From a virus (Duplodnaviria > Caudoviricetes), in IMG/VR virus record IMGVR_UViG_3300047359_001782, positions 1 through 64,000 of that record: a stretch of DNA of 64,000 bases. One strand, written 5' to 3'. Below, in pieces: positions 55,856 through 64,000 of this stretch (within the stretch, counting starts at the first letter, position 1; each line of letters begins with the position of its first letter). The notes beneath the pieces are model-generated. The model did not search any database. It was given only the letters and a program-made list of their open reading frames with translations, and was not told the DNA's origin. A program made the position numbers and the translations under genes.

Positions 55856-56754
55856 GCGATAAATTATTAAGATTTGAAGATGGTAAAATTACTATTGGGG
55901 GTAAAGATTTATTGGCTAGCTCTGCTAATTTATCTATATCTCCTAAGCTTGAGGCGGAAAGAGTATACGGCGATTATGATAGTTCTATTGTTGGCGCGAA
56001 AACAGAGTTTGTAAAATTTGCTCCTGTTGGAGGATTAACTGGTAAATTATCTATAAATTTTTATATATCTTCTGATAAATTTACTATTGATGGTAATCCT
56101 AATTCTATAGAAAGAATGTTTGATATTGCTGCTGGCATGGATGAGCGTTCTATTAATAATAATATTGTTGGTAGATATAGTTTTAATAATATGTATTTAA
56201 ATTCTTTTAGTTTTGAAATGTCTCCTTTTAGAATGGTGATGGCTAGCGCCTCTTACGACATATATGGGTCAATTGAAAGAGTGATCGATCAGAGATTTCG
56301 TCAATCTAATGTAAATTTCGCGCACGGACTTAAGTCTTTCGGGAATATACTTGCCAGTGGGGTTGAACAAAATGAATTTGAAATTTCTAAGTTAAAATAT
56401 AGTATCGTTGTTAATAGAAAAATACATGATCAAATACGAGCTAATGAAAATACTTCAATAAATACTAGCCCTAGCGGAACTGTTCCTGTGAGATGTTCTG
56501 TAGAAAATATAGAAAAAGAAATGAGAATCGAAGGTAATGAAATTATTGAAAAAATCAACGCATACGGAGATAAGCAAACATCTTCCGCTGCAGAGGGAAT
56601 AGAAGATTCTAAGATAGAAGCTTTTCTTTTATCTCTTGAGGGAGAAAAGGTTGCAAGGTTTTCCGCGAAAGGCAAGATTCAGACTCAAGACATTGCTATA
56701 TCAGAAGGTCAATATGCTACAGCTAATATAACGATAAAAGAAATTATTAAATAA
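55852..56754 (+). CDS. putative tail tip protein
   Basis: Beta-rich; YLNSFSFE strand; located between tape measure and M-like genes. Confidence 0.45.
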   Translation: MSDKLLRFEDGKITIGGKDLLASSANLSISPKLEAERVYGDYDSSIVGAKTEFVKFAPVGGLTGKLSINFYISSDKFTIDGNPNSIERMFDIAAGMDERSINNNIVGRYSFNNMYLNSFSFEMSPFRMVMASASYDIYGSIERVIDQRFRQSNVNFAHGLKSFGNILASGVEQNEFEISKLKYSIVVNRKIHDQIRANENTSINTSPSGTVPVRCSVENIEKEMRIEGNEIIEKINAYGDKQTSSAAEGIEDSKIEAFLLSLEGEKVARFSAKGKIQTQDIAISEGQYATANITIKEIIK

Positions 56755-59075
56755 TGAATAATTTAGAAGGGCTGTTAAAATCTCAAAACGTAACTCATGT
56801 AACGAATTATTCTGGTGAGTTTCAGACTGGCGTTGATTATAAAAAATTTGACTTCGTATATTATACTGGAGATGGTAGATTTTATTACGCCAAAGAAGAT
56901 GCGATTAATGGCGGAGGAAATTTTATAGAGGCAAGTCAAAGATTAGCTTTAGTTCCTGATGGGCCAATCTCTAGCGAGGGTCAAACTCACTATATAGTTG
57001 ATTTAATGAATAGGCCCGATGCTGTTAATTTAGAGTTGCGAGTTGGCCAAGTTTTAAATCTAGAAGGTTGTACTGGTGATAATAGCGGAATATATAGGGT
57101 TCTTGATATAGAAAAAGATATTAAGTCCTTGAATAATGACCCTGATCTCGAGGGAACCGCTATACAGGTTCTGCCTGTTAGTGGTGGGTTTAATGATTTT
57201 GAACCTATCGGACCTCAAACTATTTCGCTGTCTTCTATAAACACTTATCCATCTGATAATTCAAACGCCTGGACTGCGGATAAATTTTTCTTTGACGCCG
57301 ATTATAATTCAACAGCTAATTTTAAGGCAAATAATTATAAGTATCAATATGGAAATGGTTATTATATAGTTCAGCCAAAAAACATTAATTCATTAACTTT
57401 TGAATTAGATTTAGAATTTAAAAATAGAACTAATAGAGAATCGAATGCAATAGTTCATTTCCTTGAAAATCATCAGGGGCAGCACGAAGAAGACATGCCT
57501 TCTCCTAATCTAAAATATTCTCAAGGTATATCTGGTTTTAAATGGGATGGTAATGCAGCGTTTTTTCCTTATAATTCAAACGAGATGCAACTTAAGAAAT
57601 TTTATTGCAATGAATGGAGCCACGCGTTAAATTTTGAAAATAGTAATGATATTACTGTTAGATTTAGAAACTTAGATACATCAATATTAAATAAATCGGA
57701 GGGGCTTTTTCTTAATCCTGCAGATGAATATTCTGATACTGAATATTATGAAAAAAATGATGTTGTTTATTCTGATGAAAATAAAAAATTTTATTATTGG
57801 AGCGGAGAATCTCCTGAGGTGGGCAAGTCTCCTGTCGAAGCTCAGGATTCTTGGACTAGGGAAAATGGTTATTTTAAAGATGTTAATACTGAGTATTGGA
57901 GTAGGTCATTCTTTTGGAAGCCTTCATTGAGTTTAAACGTCACTCAAAAGCCAAGGATGAATGAAATAATGTCTGAAGGGGGATATTCTCAGTTGTATCG
58001 TGATGGAATAAATGAAAGCCTTCTTTCTTTAGAGTTAGAATTTAATAATAGAAACGATAGCGAAGCTTATGCAATACTACATTTCCTTGAGCAACATCTA
58101 GGTTATATACCTTTTGAGTTTAAGCCCCCGTCTCCATACGAAGCTTCTAAAAATTTTATATGTCAGCAATGGCAACATAGATACACTTATAAAAATAATC
58201 ACTCTATTAAGGCTGTATTTGAGCAATTCCCTTTGAATTTTACCGCTTCAGAATACGATAATCATATTAGCCCCCCAAAAACTCTGCGGGCTGAATTATT
58301 GTGCGCTAACCCTGTAATTGTTGCAGAGGTTAATGTTGATGAACCTGTCTATTTGGGTGGTCTCGCTAAAAAAAGAGTGGAGCTTAGGAATATAGGAGGA
58401 GAAGCTGTTACAGTATATAATTTAAGGCAATTAGACGAGTATAGTCCTTTATCAATAGTTTCTCAAACTTCAGAAGATGATGTATGTATTGTAAACTTAA
58501 ATTCATTAAACTCTGATGATTTTATTTATCAGTTAGATGACGATAATTCCCTGCCTTTTAATTTATCTAATCAATACGTTAAAGTTGATAAATCTTACAC
58601 TGAAGGATTAGAGGGTGGCCAGTTCTTTACTGTTATGGAAAGAGACGGCGATAACTACACTAGGAAGACTTATAATGGTCTAATAGATAAGTATTTTCAG
58701 GATAATAGGGGTAACATAAAATCAATTGCTAGGGCACAATTGGGAGAATTAATAAGTTCTGCGTTGCATAGCGAATTTCTCATTAAGAATTTTTTTATAA
58801 AAAATAAAACAAATCAAATTCCTGGTGGTCAGAGCGCTTTTTTTGACCTAGCCTTTTATGGAGAAATAAATCCGCTAAATTATGATTTTATATACCACAT
58901 GAATAATGAAAATGCTGAGCTTGGTGATTTAGTTTTTGTTACTGAAGGAGGGGAGGAAGTCTTAATTAGCTCTTTGTTTGGGCAAGGTTATTACGGTGGC
59001 GGAATTAATGTTGGAAATTCTTCTTTAGAAGATAATATACTTATTAATGCGTCTATATATATAAGTGATGTCTAG
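56754..59075 (+). CDS. distal tail protein with two lambda gpM-like domains
   Basis: Two copies of G.GY......IN.....L.LEF.NR...E..AI.HFLE...G...F. Confidence 0.7.
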   Translation: MNNLEGLLKSQNVTHVTNYSGEFQTGVDYKKFDFVYYTGDGRFYYAKEDAINGGGNFIEASQRLALVPDGPISSEGQTHYIVDLMNRPDAVNLELRVGQVLNLEGCTGDNSGIYRVLDIEKDIKSLNNDPDLEGTAIQVLPVSGGFNDFEPIGPQTISLSSINTYPSDNSNAWTADKFFFDADYNSTANFKANNYKYQYGNGYYIVQPKNINSLTFELDLEFKNRTNRESNAIVHFLENHQGQHEEDMPSPNLKYSQGISGFKWDGNAAFFPYNSNEMQLKKFYCNEWSHALNFENSNDITVRFRNLDTSILNKSEGLFLNPADEYSDTEYYEKNDVVYSDENKKFYYWSGESPEVGKSPVEAQDSWTRENGYFKDVNTEYWSRSFFWKPSLSLNVTQKPRMNEIMSEGGYSQLYRDGINESLLSLELEFNNRNDSEAYAILHFLEQHLGYIPFEFKPPSPYEASKNFICQQWQHRYTYKNNHSIKAVFEQFPLNFTASEYDNHISPPKTLRAELLCANPVIVAEVNVDEPVYLGGLAKKRVELRNIGGEAVTVYNLRQLDEYSPLSIVSQTSEDDVCIVNLNSLNSDDFIYQLDDDNSLPFNLSNQYVKVDKSYTEGLEGGQFFTVMERDGDNYTRKTYNGLIDKYFQDNRGNIKSIARAQLGELISSALHSEFLIKNFFIKNKTNQIPGGQSAFFDLAFYGEINPLNYDFIYHMNNENAELGDLVFVTEGGEEVLISSLFGQGYYGGGINVGNSSLEDNILINASIYISDV

Positions 59076-60135
59076 TTCTAATCAAAATTTTAATAAAAGC
59101 CTGTTTTCAATAAATCCGGATGTAATTATTGATTTATTTGATATAGATTTTAGTAGCTTACAGTCTGATTTTCAGGAATTGAAAGATGTATATGGAGTGA
59201 ATTTGGGGTCGGATTCAGTTTATAGATTTTGCCCTATGATTAATGGGTCAAACCCAATAATATGGCAGGGTTATTCTTATCAACCTTTACCTATATCAAT
59301 AGAGGGTTTCGAGCAGAAGTCAGATGGCACACTTCCTCGACCTAAATTAAAAATTGCTAACCCTCAAGGCTTATTCTCTAAGATATTTTATTCAAACGAA
59401 GATTTTATAGGCTGTAAAGTTTCAAGGAAACGAACTTATGCTAGATTTTTAGATGATGAAAATTTTCAGCAGCAAAGCGGTAATCCTTTTGGGGGTGCAG
59501 ATCCTAATGCCAGATTTAACGAAGACGTCTTTTTTATAAATAGGAAAATATCTGAAGATAAGAATTTCATAGAAATAGAGCTCGTTTCTGTTCTAGAGTT
59601 AGAAGAGTCTTGGGTTCCAGCGAGAATCATACTTGCGGATTATTGTAATTGGACATATCGATGCGAAATCGGATGTGGTTATAAAGGTTTAGGTATAGAG
59701 ACTATAGATGGTAAAAGCTTAATTGAGGGTTTTGGATTTAAAGACTCTTCCGGAAGAATTGATCCCAACAAGTACCAAGACGTAAATCAAGTTCCAGAGT
59801 GGAATAAATTAGGCTTGCTTGATGGGGAGACTCAAAATGACGGTTATAAATTGGGCGATATAGTAAAAATTAGCCCAGACTCTAATAAGGATCCGTATAA
59901 AAGGTCTATTGGTGTATTTGTATGTATTCAAGATCACTCCGACCCTATAAATCACCACCCTTTTTTAGATAGAGAATTCTGGTTAAAAGATGAATGTTCG
60001 AAAACTCTTGAATCATGCAAAAAAAGATTTTCAAAAGAGGACTCTTCTTTGATTGATTTTAATAAAATCGACTCTACTCATGAGGGCTTAAGATTTGGAG
60101 GTTTTCCTGGGACAGAAAAATACAGCATTGAATGA
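59065..60135 (+). CDS. lambda gpL-like minor tail protein
   Basis: IIWQG..Y.P.PI..EGFE, PRPKL.IAN, C.WTYR...CGY.G, D.CSK....C..RF, FGGFPG. Confidence 0.88.
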   Translation: MMSSSNQNFNKSLFSINPDVIIDLFDIDFSSLQSDFQELKDVYGVNLGSDSVYRFCPMINGSNPIIWQGYSYQPLPISIEGFEQKSDGTLPRPKLKIANPQGLFSKIFYSNEDFIGCKVSRKRTYARFLDDENFQQQSGNPFGGADPNARFNEDVFFINRKISEDKNFIEIELVSVLELEESWVPARIILADYCNWTYRCEIGCGYKGLGIETIDGKSLIEGFGFKDSSGRIDPNKYQDVNQVPEWNKLGLLDGETQNDGYKLGDIVKISPDSNKDPYKRSIGVFVCIQDHSDPINHHPFLDREFWLKDECSKTLESCKKRFSKEDSSLIDFNKIDSTHEGLRFGGFPGTEKYSIE

Positions 60136-60454
60136 TATCCCTAGGCAGGTATTAAATCAAATTAAAGATTTATCTCATTTGCATCAAGATGAGGAAGTTT
60201 GTGGTATTATTTATAATAAATATAAAGATATTATGCCATGTCAAAATATTAGTAACAATAAATCTAATTCTTTTTGTATTGACCCTTATATGTTTATTGA
60301 ATATGATGTTGATGTAGTTTTTCATTCTCATATTACTGGTAGCTCTTACCCTTCTTGTTGGGATATGGAATCTTCAGCTAAAATAAATATACCATATTTA
60401 ATATATAGTTTAAGAGATAAAGACTTTTACTTATATAATAATATAGGTGTATAA
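60128..60454 (+). CDS. lambda gpK-like JAB/MPN domain protein
   Basis: EEVCG...FHSH.....PS..D JAMM motif; no NlpC/P60 domain. Confidence 0.75.
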   Translation: MNDIPRQVLNQIKDLSHLHQDEEVCGIIYNKYKDIMPCQNISNNKSNSFCIDPYMFIEYDVDVVFHSHITGSSYPSCWDMESSAKINIPYLIYSLRDKDFYLYNNIGV

Positions 60455-60476
60455 AATATGTAAGGTTTAAGGTAAG

Positions 60477-63400
60477 GTGAAGAAGATTTTTTTACATGGA
60501 GAAATTGGCACTCTTTTTGATAAAGAGTGGTGCTTGAATGTAGATACTGTAGAGGAAGCTGTTCAGGCCATAGATGCTAATTCAGATGGCTTTATTGATT
60601 TTTTGATTAGAGAGCAAATTAATGGAAAAAATTATTTATGTTTACATAAACATCCTGAAAAAATAAAAACAAAAGGTGATTTTAAGAAAAATATCATTAA
60701 TCATCATCAGGATAGAATTAAATCTTCAATGCATATCGTTTGCGCCGCAGACGGAGGTTTTGTTACCGCTATGGCTACCAGTATTTTTGGCGCTGGAACT
60801 TTAGCTGCTCAAATTTTTACTTCTGTAGTTTGGGGAGCTATTACTCAGGTAGCAATGAATGTTTTATTTAAGCCTCCAAAACCTCCTGATCCGGGAAAAG
60901 CCGTTTCGACTAAATCTTTTTTAATAAAAGGGGCAACGAATCGACAAGCGCAAGGGATACCTGTTCCATTGGGCTACGGAAGGTTAATGATTGGGTCATC
61001 TAATGTTTCGGCTTCAATAAGAAGTTTTCCCCTCCCGAGGAAAACTAGTGTGGGTGACACAGCCTTAGAGTCTTATAGCGAGTTAACTTATTTAGATATT
61101 CTTTCTGAAGGGCCAATTCATGGTTTTGTTAATAAATTTGGAGGCAGTATTTCTGGTGGAGATATACGAGAGGGCATTTTTCTCAACAAGGTTCAGGTTA
61201 AAAATACAACCTCTGATGGAAGTGGTAGATTGAATTATATATTGAACGAAAACGAATCAGAGAGTTTCCCTTCTATTAAGAATGGGGCTGATTCTGAGTC
61301 AGTGGTAATGCTGCCTTACACTTCTTCCGTAGCTCAATACGATCAACTTTTATATGGAGCAGCTCCATACGGGAAAAAAAATGCTGGAGCGGCCGAATAT
61401 TTTAGCCTTGAAAGCGCGGAATATAATGGAGCTTTAGCTTTTAATCATTTTGTATCTAACCCTAATGTTCAAAAACTAATTTTTGCGTTTAGGGTGGAAC
61501 TTCGTAAAACAGTAATCGAGGGTAAAAAAGAAAAAGCTAAGCCAGTAACTAGACCTAATACGGTAAATTTCGCTATATACATATCTAAGGATAACCACTA
61601 CGTCCCTATAGTTGATGAGGAGTCTGGTTGTTCATACAAGTTTCATAAAGAATCTAATATTTCTATCTATGAACAGGGCGAAACTAAGCGAGGGTTTTCT
61701 TTGTCTGGAGTAGCCACATCCCCTTACCAGTTTGATATAGAAGTCGATTTTAGTAAACATAAATTAGTAATTGATGAGAGCGGGGGAGTGACATTTAAGG
61801 TTGTGAAATTAAGTCCTGAATATGATGGCTCTGCCAGAGGCGGTGATGTTGGTGGTATGGATAGAACTAGAACTTTGCAATTAGCTCACGTAGAAGAAGT
61901 TATAGAAAGCAAGCTTTTGTATCCGCATTCCGCTATGTGCAAAGTCATTTTTGATAGCAAGAATTTTAGTTCAGTACCCGAAAGGAATTATCATTTAAAA
62001 TTAAAAAAAGTATTAATTCCGAGCAATTATGATCCTGTTAGTAGGTCTTATAATGGAGCTTGGAATGGACTGTTTAAAGGTCAGTATACCAAAAATCAGT
62101 CTTTAAGCTCCGTTAATGATGCCTTTCGATATTGGAGTGATAATCCAGCGTGGGTATTTTTTGATATACTCCATAATCCTAGGTTTGGTTTGGGTAAGTA
62201 TGGAATGAATGAAGATTTTATTGATAAATGGCAATTATATAAAGTAGCTAAGTATTGTGACGAGCTAGTTGAGACAGATTTCCCTATAGAGTGCGAGAAT
62301 AATATGCCTAAACCTTTTGAGACTTTCAATGTAGAATCAATTTCTTCAAGCGGAAATAAATCTTTTTCTATTACTATAGATGAGGGGTTTTTCGAATTAG
62401 ATTCGAATGATAGCTATCAGTTTTCTTCATACAAAGAAAGCTTATCTAGCGAAGATAAGAATGAAATCTTTAAGTCTGAATTTGGTGACGGAGAAAGCTT
62501 TAAAGGTAAAAAGATGGCCTTTTTTATTTATCAACATGGATATCAATTTGAGCAACTGAGTGAAGAACAAGTAAATAGTATAAAAAGAAAATCTGCAATG
62601 AGGGAAAGAGAGTTTGTTATACAAGAGCGGGCTATTTTATTTAGCGATGTAAACACAAAAACCGTTACTTTATCTGGGCCATCTTTTTCTGACAGTCAGG
62701 CCGTTTTTAAAGTTTCGGGCTCGTCCTCTCATAAGGTTGCTGGAGCATGCTGTGTTCAGAAGAATCATCCAGTCGTAGAGCCTCGGTTTACGGCTAATAT
62801 ATACATATCTGATAAAACTGAAGCTCTTGATGCAATTAATTCTATGTCTTCGATTTTTAGGGGTATGATTACATACGCTTCAGGTAAAATATTTTCCACG
62901 CAAGATTCCTTGAAGCCTGCTGTAATGCTATTTAATAATTCTAATGTATCTAAAACAGGATTTCTATATTCTGGAATGAGCAAAACTAAAAGAGTTACTG
63001 CTGTATTGGTTAGATTTAATAATAAAGATAAGCAATTTAAGCCGGACGTTGTTTATGAAGAAGATGCGTCTGCCATGCAAAAATTTGGCTTCATAGATCA
63101 AGAAATTATGGGATTTGGTTTAACCTCTGAATCTCAAGCGAGAAGATTGGCTAAGTGGGTTTTATTAACCGCTCAATTAGAAAAAGAAACCGTAAGGTTT
63201 ACTGCTGGGCAAGAGGCTTCATATCTTCTCCCGGGCTCTATTTTTGAAGTTTCTGACGAAATCAGGGCTGGCCCAGACAAAAGCGGAAGAATTATTGGGG
63301 TTAGGGATAATCTAGAGTATACTGTAAACGAATCAAGTTTTCAGATTAACCAAACTGTTATATTGATAGATAAATCTATTAGTTCTTCTCTTAGTTTATC

Positions 63401-64000
63401 TTCTGTTGAACTTACGGTTTCTAGTCCGAGCCCTAATGAGAGTATTGAGAATATAGAAATTAGATCTCAAAATGAAAATGATTCAAATGATCAAGACGCT
63501 GAGATTAACGCATTAAGTTCTCCTCAGGTTTTAAAATTTGATGGCTCATTAGATTCTGTTTATTTTAAAGGTTCTGATAACGCTAATAGTCGTCAAACTG
63601 TAGTTAAGAATCTGCAGCTAAAGAAACTTTTTGAGGTAGAGTTGTCGTCGAATAAAATCAAATGCTTTAATCATGGTTTAACTGAAGGGGAGAGAATTAG
63701 ATTTTCATCTATGGGCGTTCTTCCTGGAGGGATATCTAGCAAGTATGTTTACCAAGTTAATTCTGTTACTAAGCACACTTTTAAGATTAAAAAAACCGCA
63801 GCCAATAATAATGTTAATATTGTAGATATTGGTAGAGACGAATTTTTGAATACGGGTGGAGATCATTATTTTATATATCAAGACAATAATAAAATAAGCG
63901 ACGCTTTGAGTTCAATACAAATCGGAGCTGTATATAGTATTAAGGGCATAATTGGAATAAAAGAAGAATTTTCCTGGTCTGAAGAAGAGAAAGGTAAACT
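60477..64000 (+). CDS. fused lambda gpI-gpJ-like tail tip / host specificity protein (3' truncated, absent from ORF track)
   Basis: GTG 60477 after AAGGT repeats; MKKIFLHGEIG and QGIPVPLGYGRL (gpI-like); LSEGPI.G, YPHSA, IPSNYDP, WSDNPAW...D, KYCDELV, EPRFT (gpJ-like). Confidence 0.88.
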   Translation, partial: MKKIFLHGEIGTLFDKEWCLNVDTVEEAVQAIDANSDGFIDFLIREQINGKNYLCLHKHPEKIKTKGDFKKNIINHHQDRIKSSMHIVCAADGGFVTAMATSIFGAGTLAAQIFTSVVWGAITQVAMNVLFKPPKPPDPGKAVSTKSFLIKGATNRQAQGIPVPLGYGRLMIGSSNVSASIRSFPLPRKTSVGDTALESYSELTYLDILSEGPIHGFVNKFGGSISGGDIREGIFLNKVQVKNTTSDGSGRLNYILNENESESFPSIKNGADSESVVMLPYTSSVAQYDQLLYGAAPYGKKNAGAAEYFSLESAEYNGALAFNHFVSNPNVQKLIFAFRVELRKTVIEGKKEKAKPVTRPNTVNFAIYISKDNHYVPIVDEESGCSYKFHKESNISIYEQGETKRGFSLSGVATSPYQFDIEVDFSKHKLVIDESGGVTFKVVKLSPEYDGSARGGDVGGMDRTRTLQLAHVEEVIESKLLYPHSAMCKVIFDSKNFSSVPERNYHLKLKKVLIPSNYDPVSRSYNGAWNGLFKGQYTKNQSLSSVNDAFRYWSDNPAWVFFDILHNPRFGLGKYGMNEDFIDKWQLYKVAKYCDELVETDFPIECENNMPKPFETFNVESISSSGNKSFSITIDEGFFELDSNDSYQFSSYKESLSSEDKNEIFKSEFGDGESFKGKKMAFFIYQHGYQFEQLSEEQVNSIKRKSAMREREFVIQERAILFSDVNTKTVTLSGPSFSDSQAVFKVSGSSSHKVAGACCVQKNHPVVEPRFTANIYISDKTEALDAINSMSSIFRGMITYASGKIFSTQDSLKPAVMLFNNSNVSKTGFLYSGMSKTKRVTAVLVRFNNKDKQFKPDVVYEEDASAMQKFGFIDQEIMGFGLTSESQARRLAKWVLLTAQLEKETVRFTAGQEASYLLPGSIFEVSDEIRAGPDKSGRIIGVRDNLEYTVNESSFQINQTVILIDKSISSSLSLSSVELTVSSPSPNESIENIEIRSQNENDSNDQDAEINALSSPQVLKFDGSLDSVYFKGSDNANSRQTVVKNLQLKKLFEVELSSNKIKCFNHGLTEGERIRFSSMGVLPGGISSKYVYQVNSVTKHTFKIKKTAANNNVNIVDIGRDEFLNTGGDHYFIYQDNNKISDALSSIQIGAVYSIKGIIGIKEEFSWSEEEKGK

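Noticed and set aside
1-64000. Stop-codon reassignment (alternative genetic code)
   Set aside because: Standard code gives dense, full-length genes; TAA, TAG and TGA all end genes; the only tRNA found is Ser(GCT), not a suppressor

Overview
This AT-rich window is a segment of a large tailed dsDNA phage genome; the host cannot be determined from the sequence. The left ~35 kb is mostly minus-strand. It holds many small hypothetical genes plus rIIA/rIIB, an HhH DNA glycosylase, a minimal kinase-fold protein, UvsE, an HNH nuclease, tRNA-Ser(GCT), a complete tmRNA, dUTPase, dCMP deaminase, RuvB and GMP reductase. It also holds a glycan-modification island: an APS kinase-HIGH nucleotidyltransferase fusion, two sulfotransferases, several glycosyltransferases, LicD and a methyltransferase. 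The right ~29 kb is a siphovirus-type tail module: fibre-like proteins, several paralogous tail-tube-like proteins, neck genes, two paralogous chaperone-like genes, a 2724-aa tape measure protein and lambda-like M, L, K and I-J tip genes, the last running off the window. The most notable signals are: (1) two promoter-like motif classes, TTGACA-N17-TAnnnT and GTGTA-N9/10-ATG, both placed so that mRNAs would be leaderless; (2) a candidate self-contained PAPS/sulfated-glycan pathway; (3) a tape measure protein divided by GxIPNFA repeats into cassettes, one with a PD-(D/E)xK-like motif; (4) an unexplained prenyltransferase-like / citryl-CoA-lyase-like / GNAT operon. All functional calls come from motif recognition by eye, not database searches.
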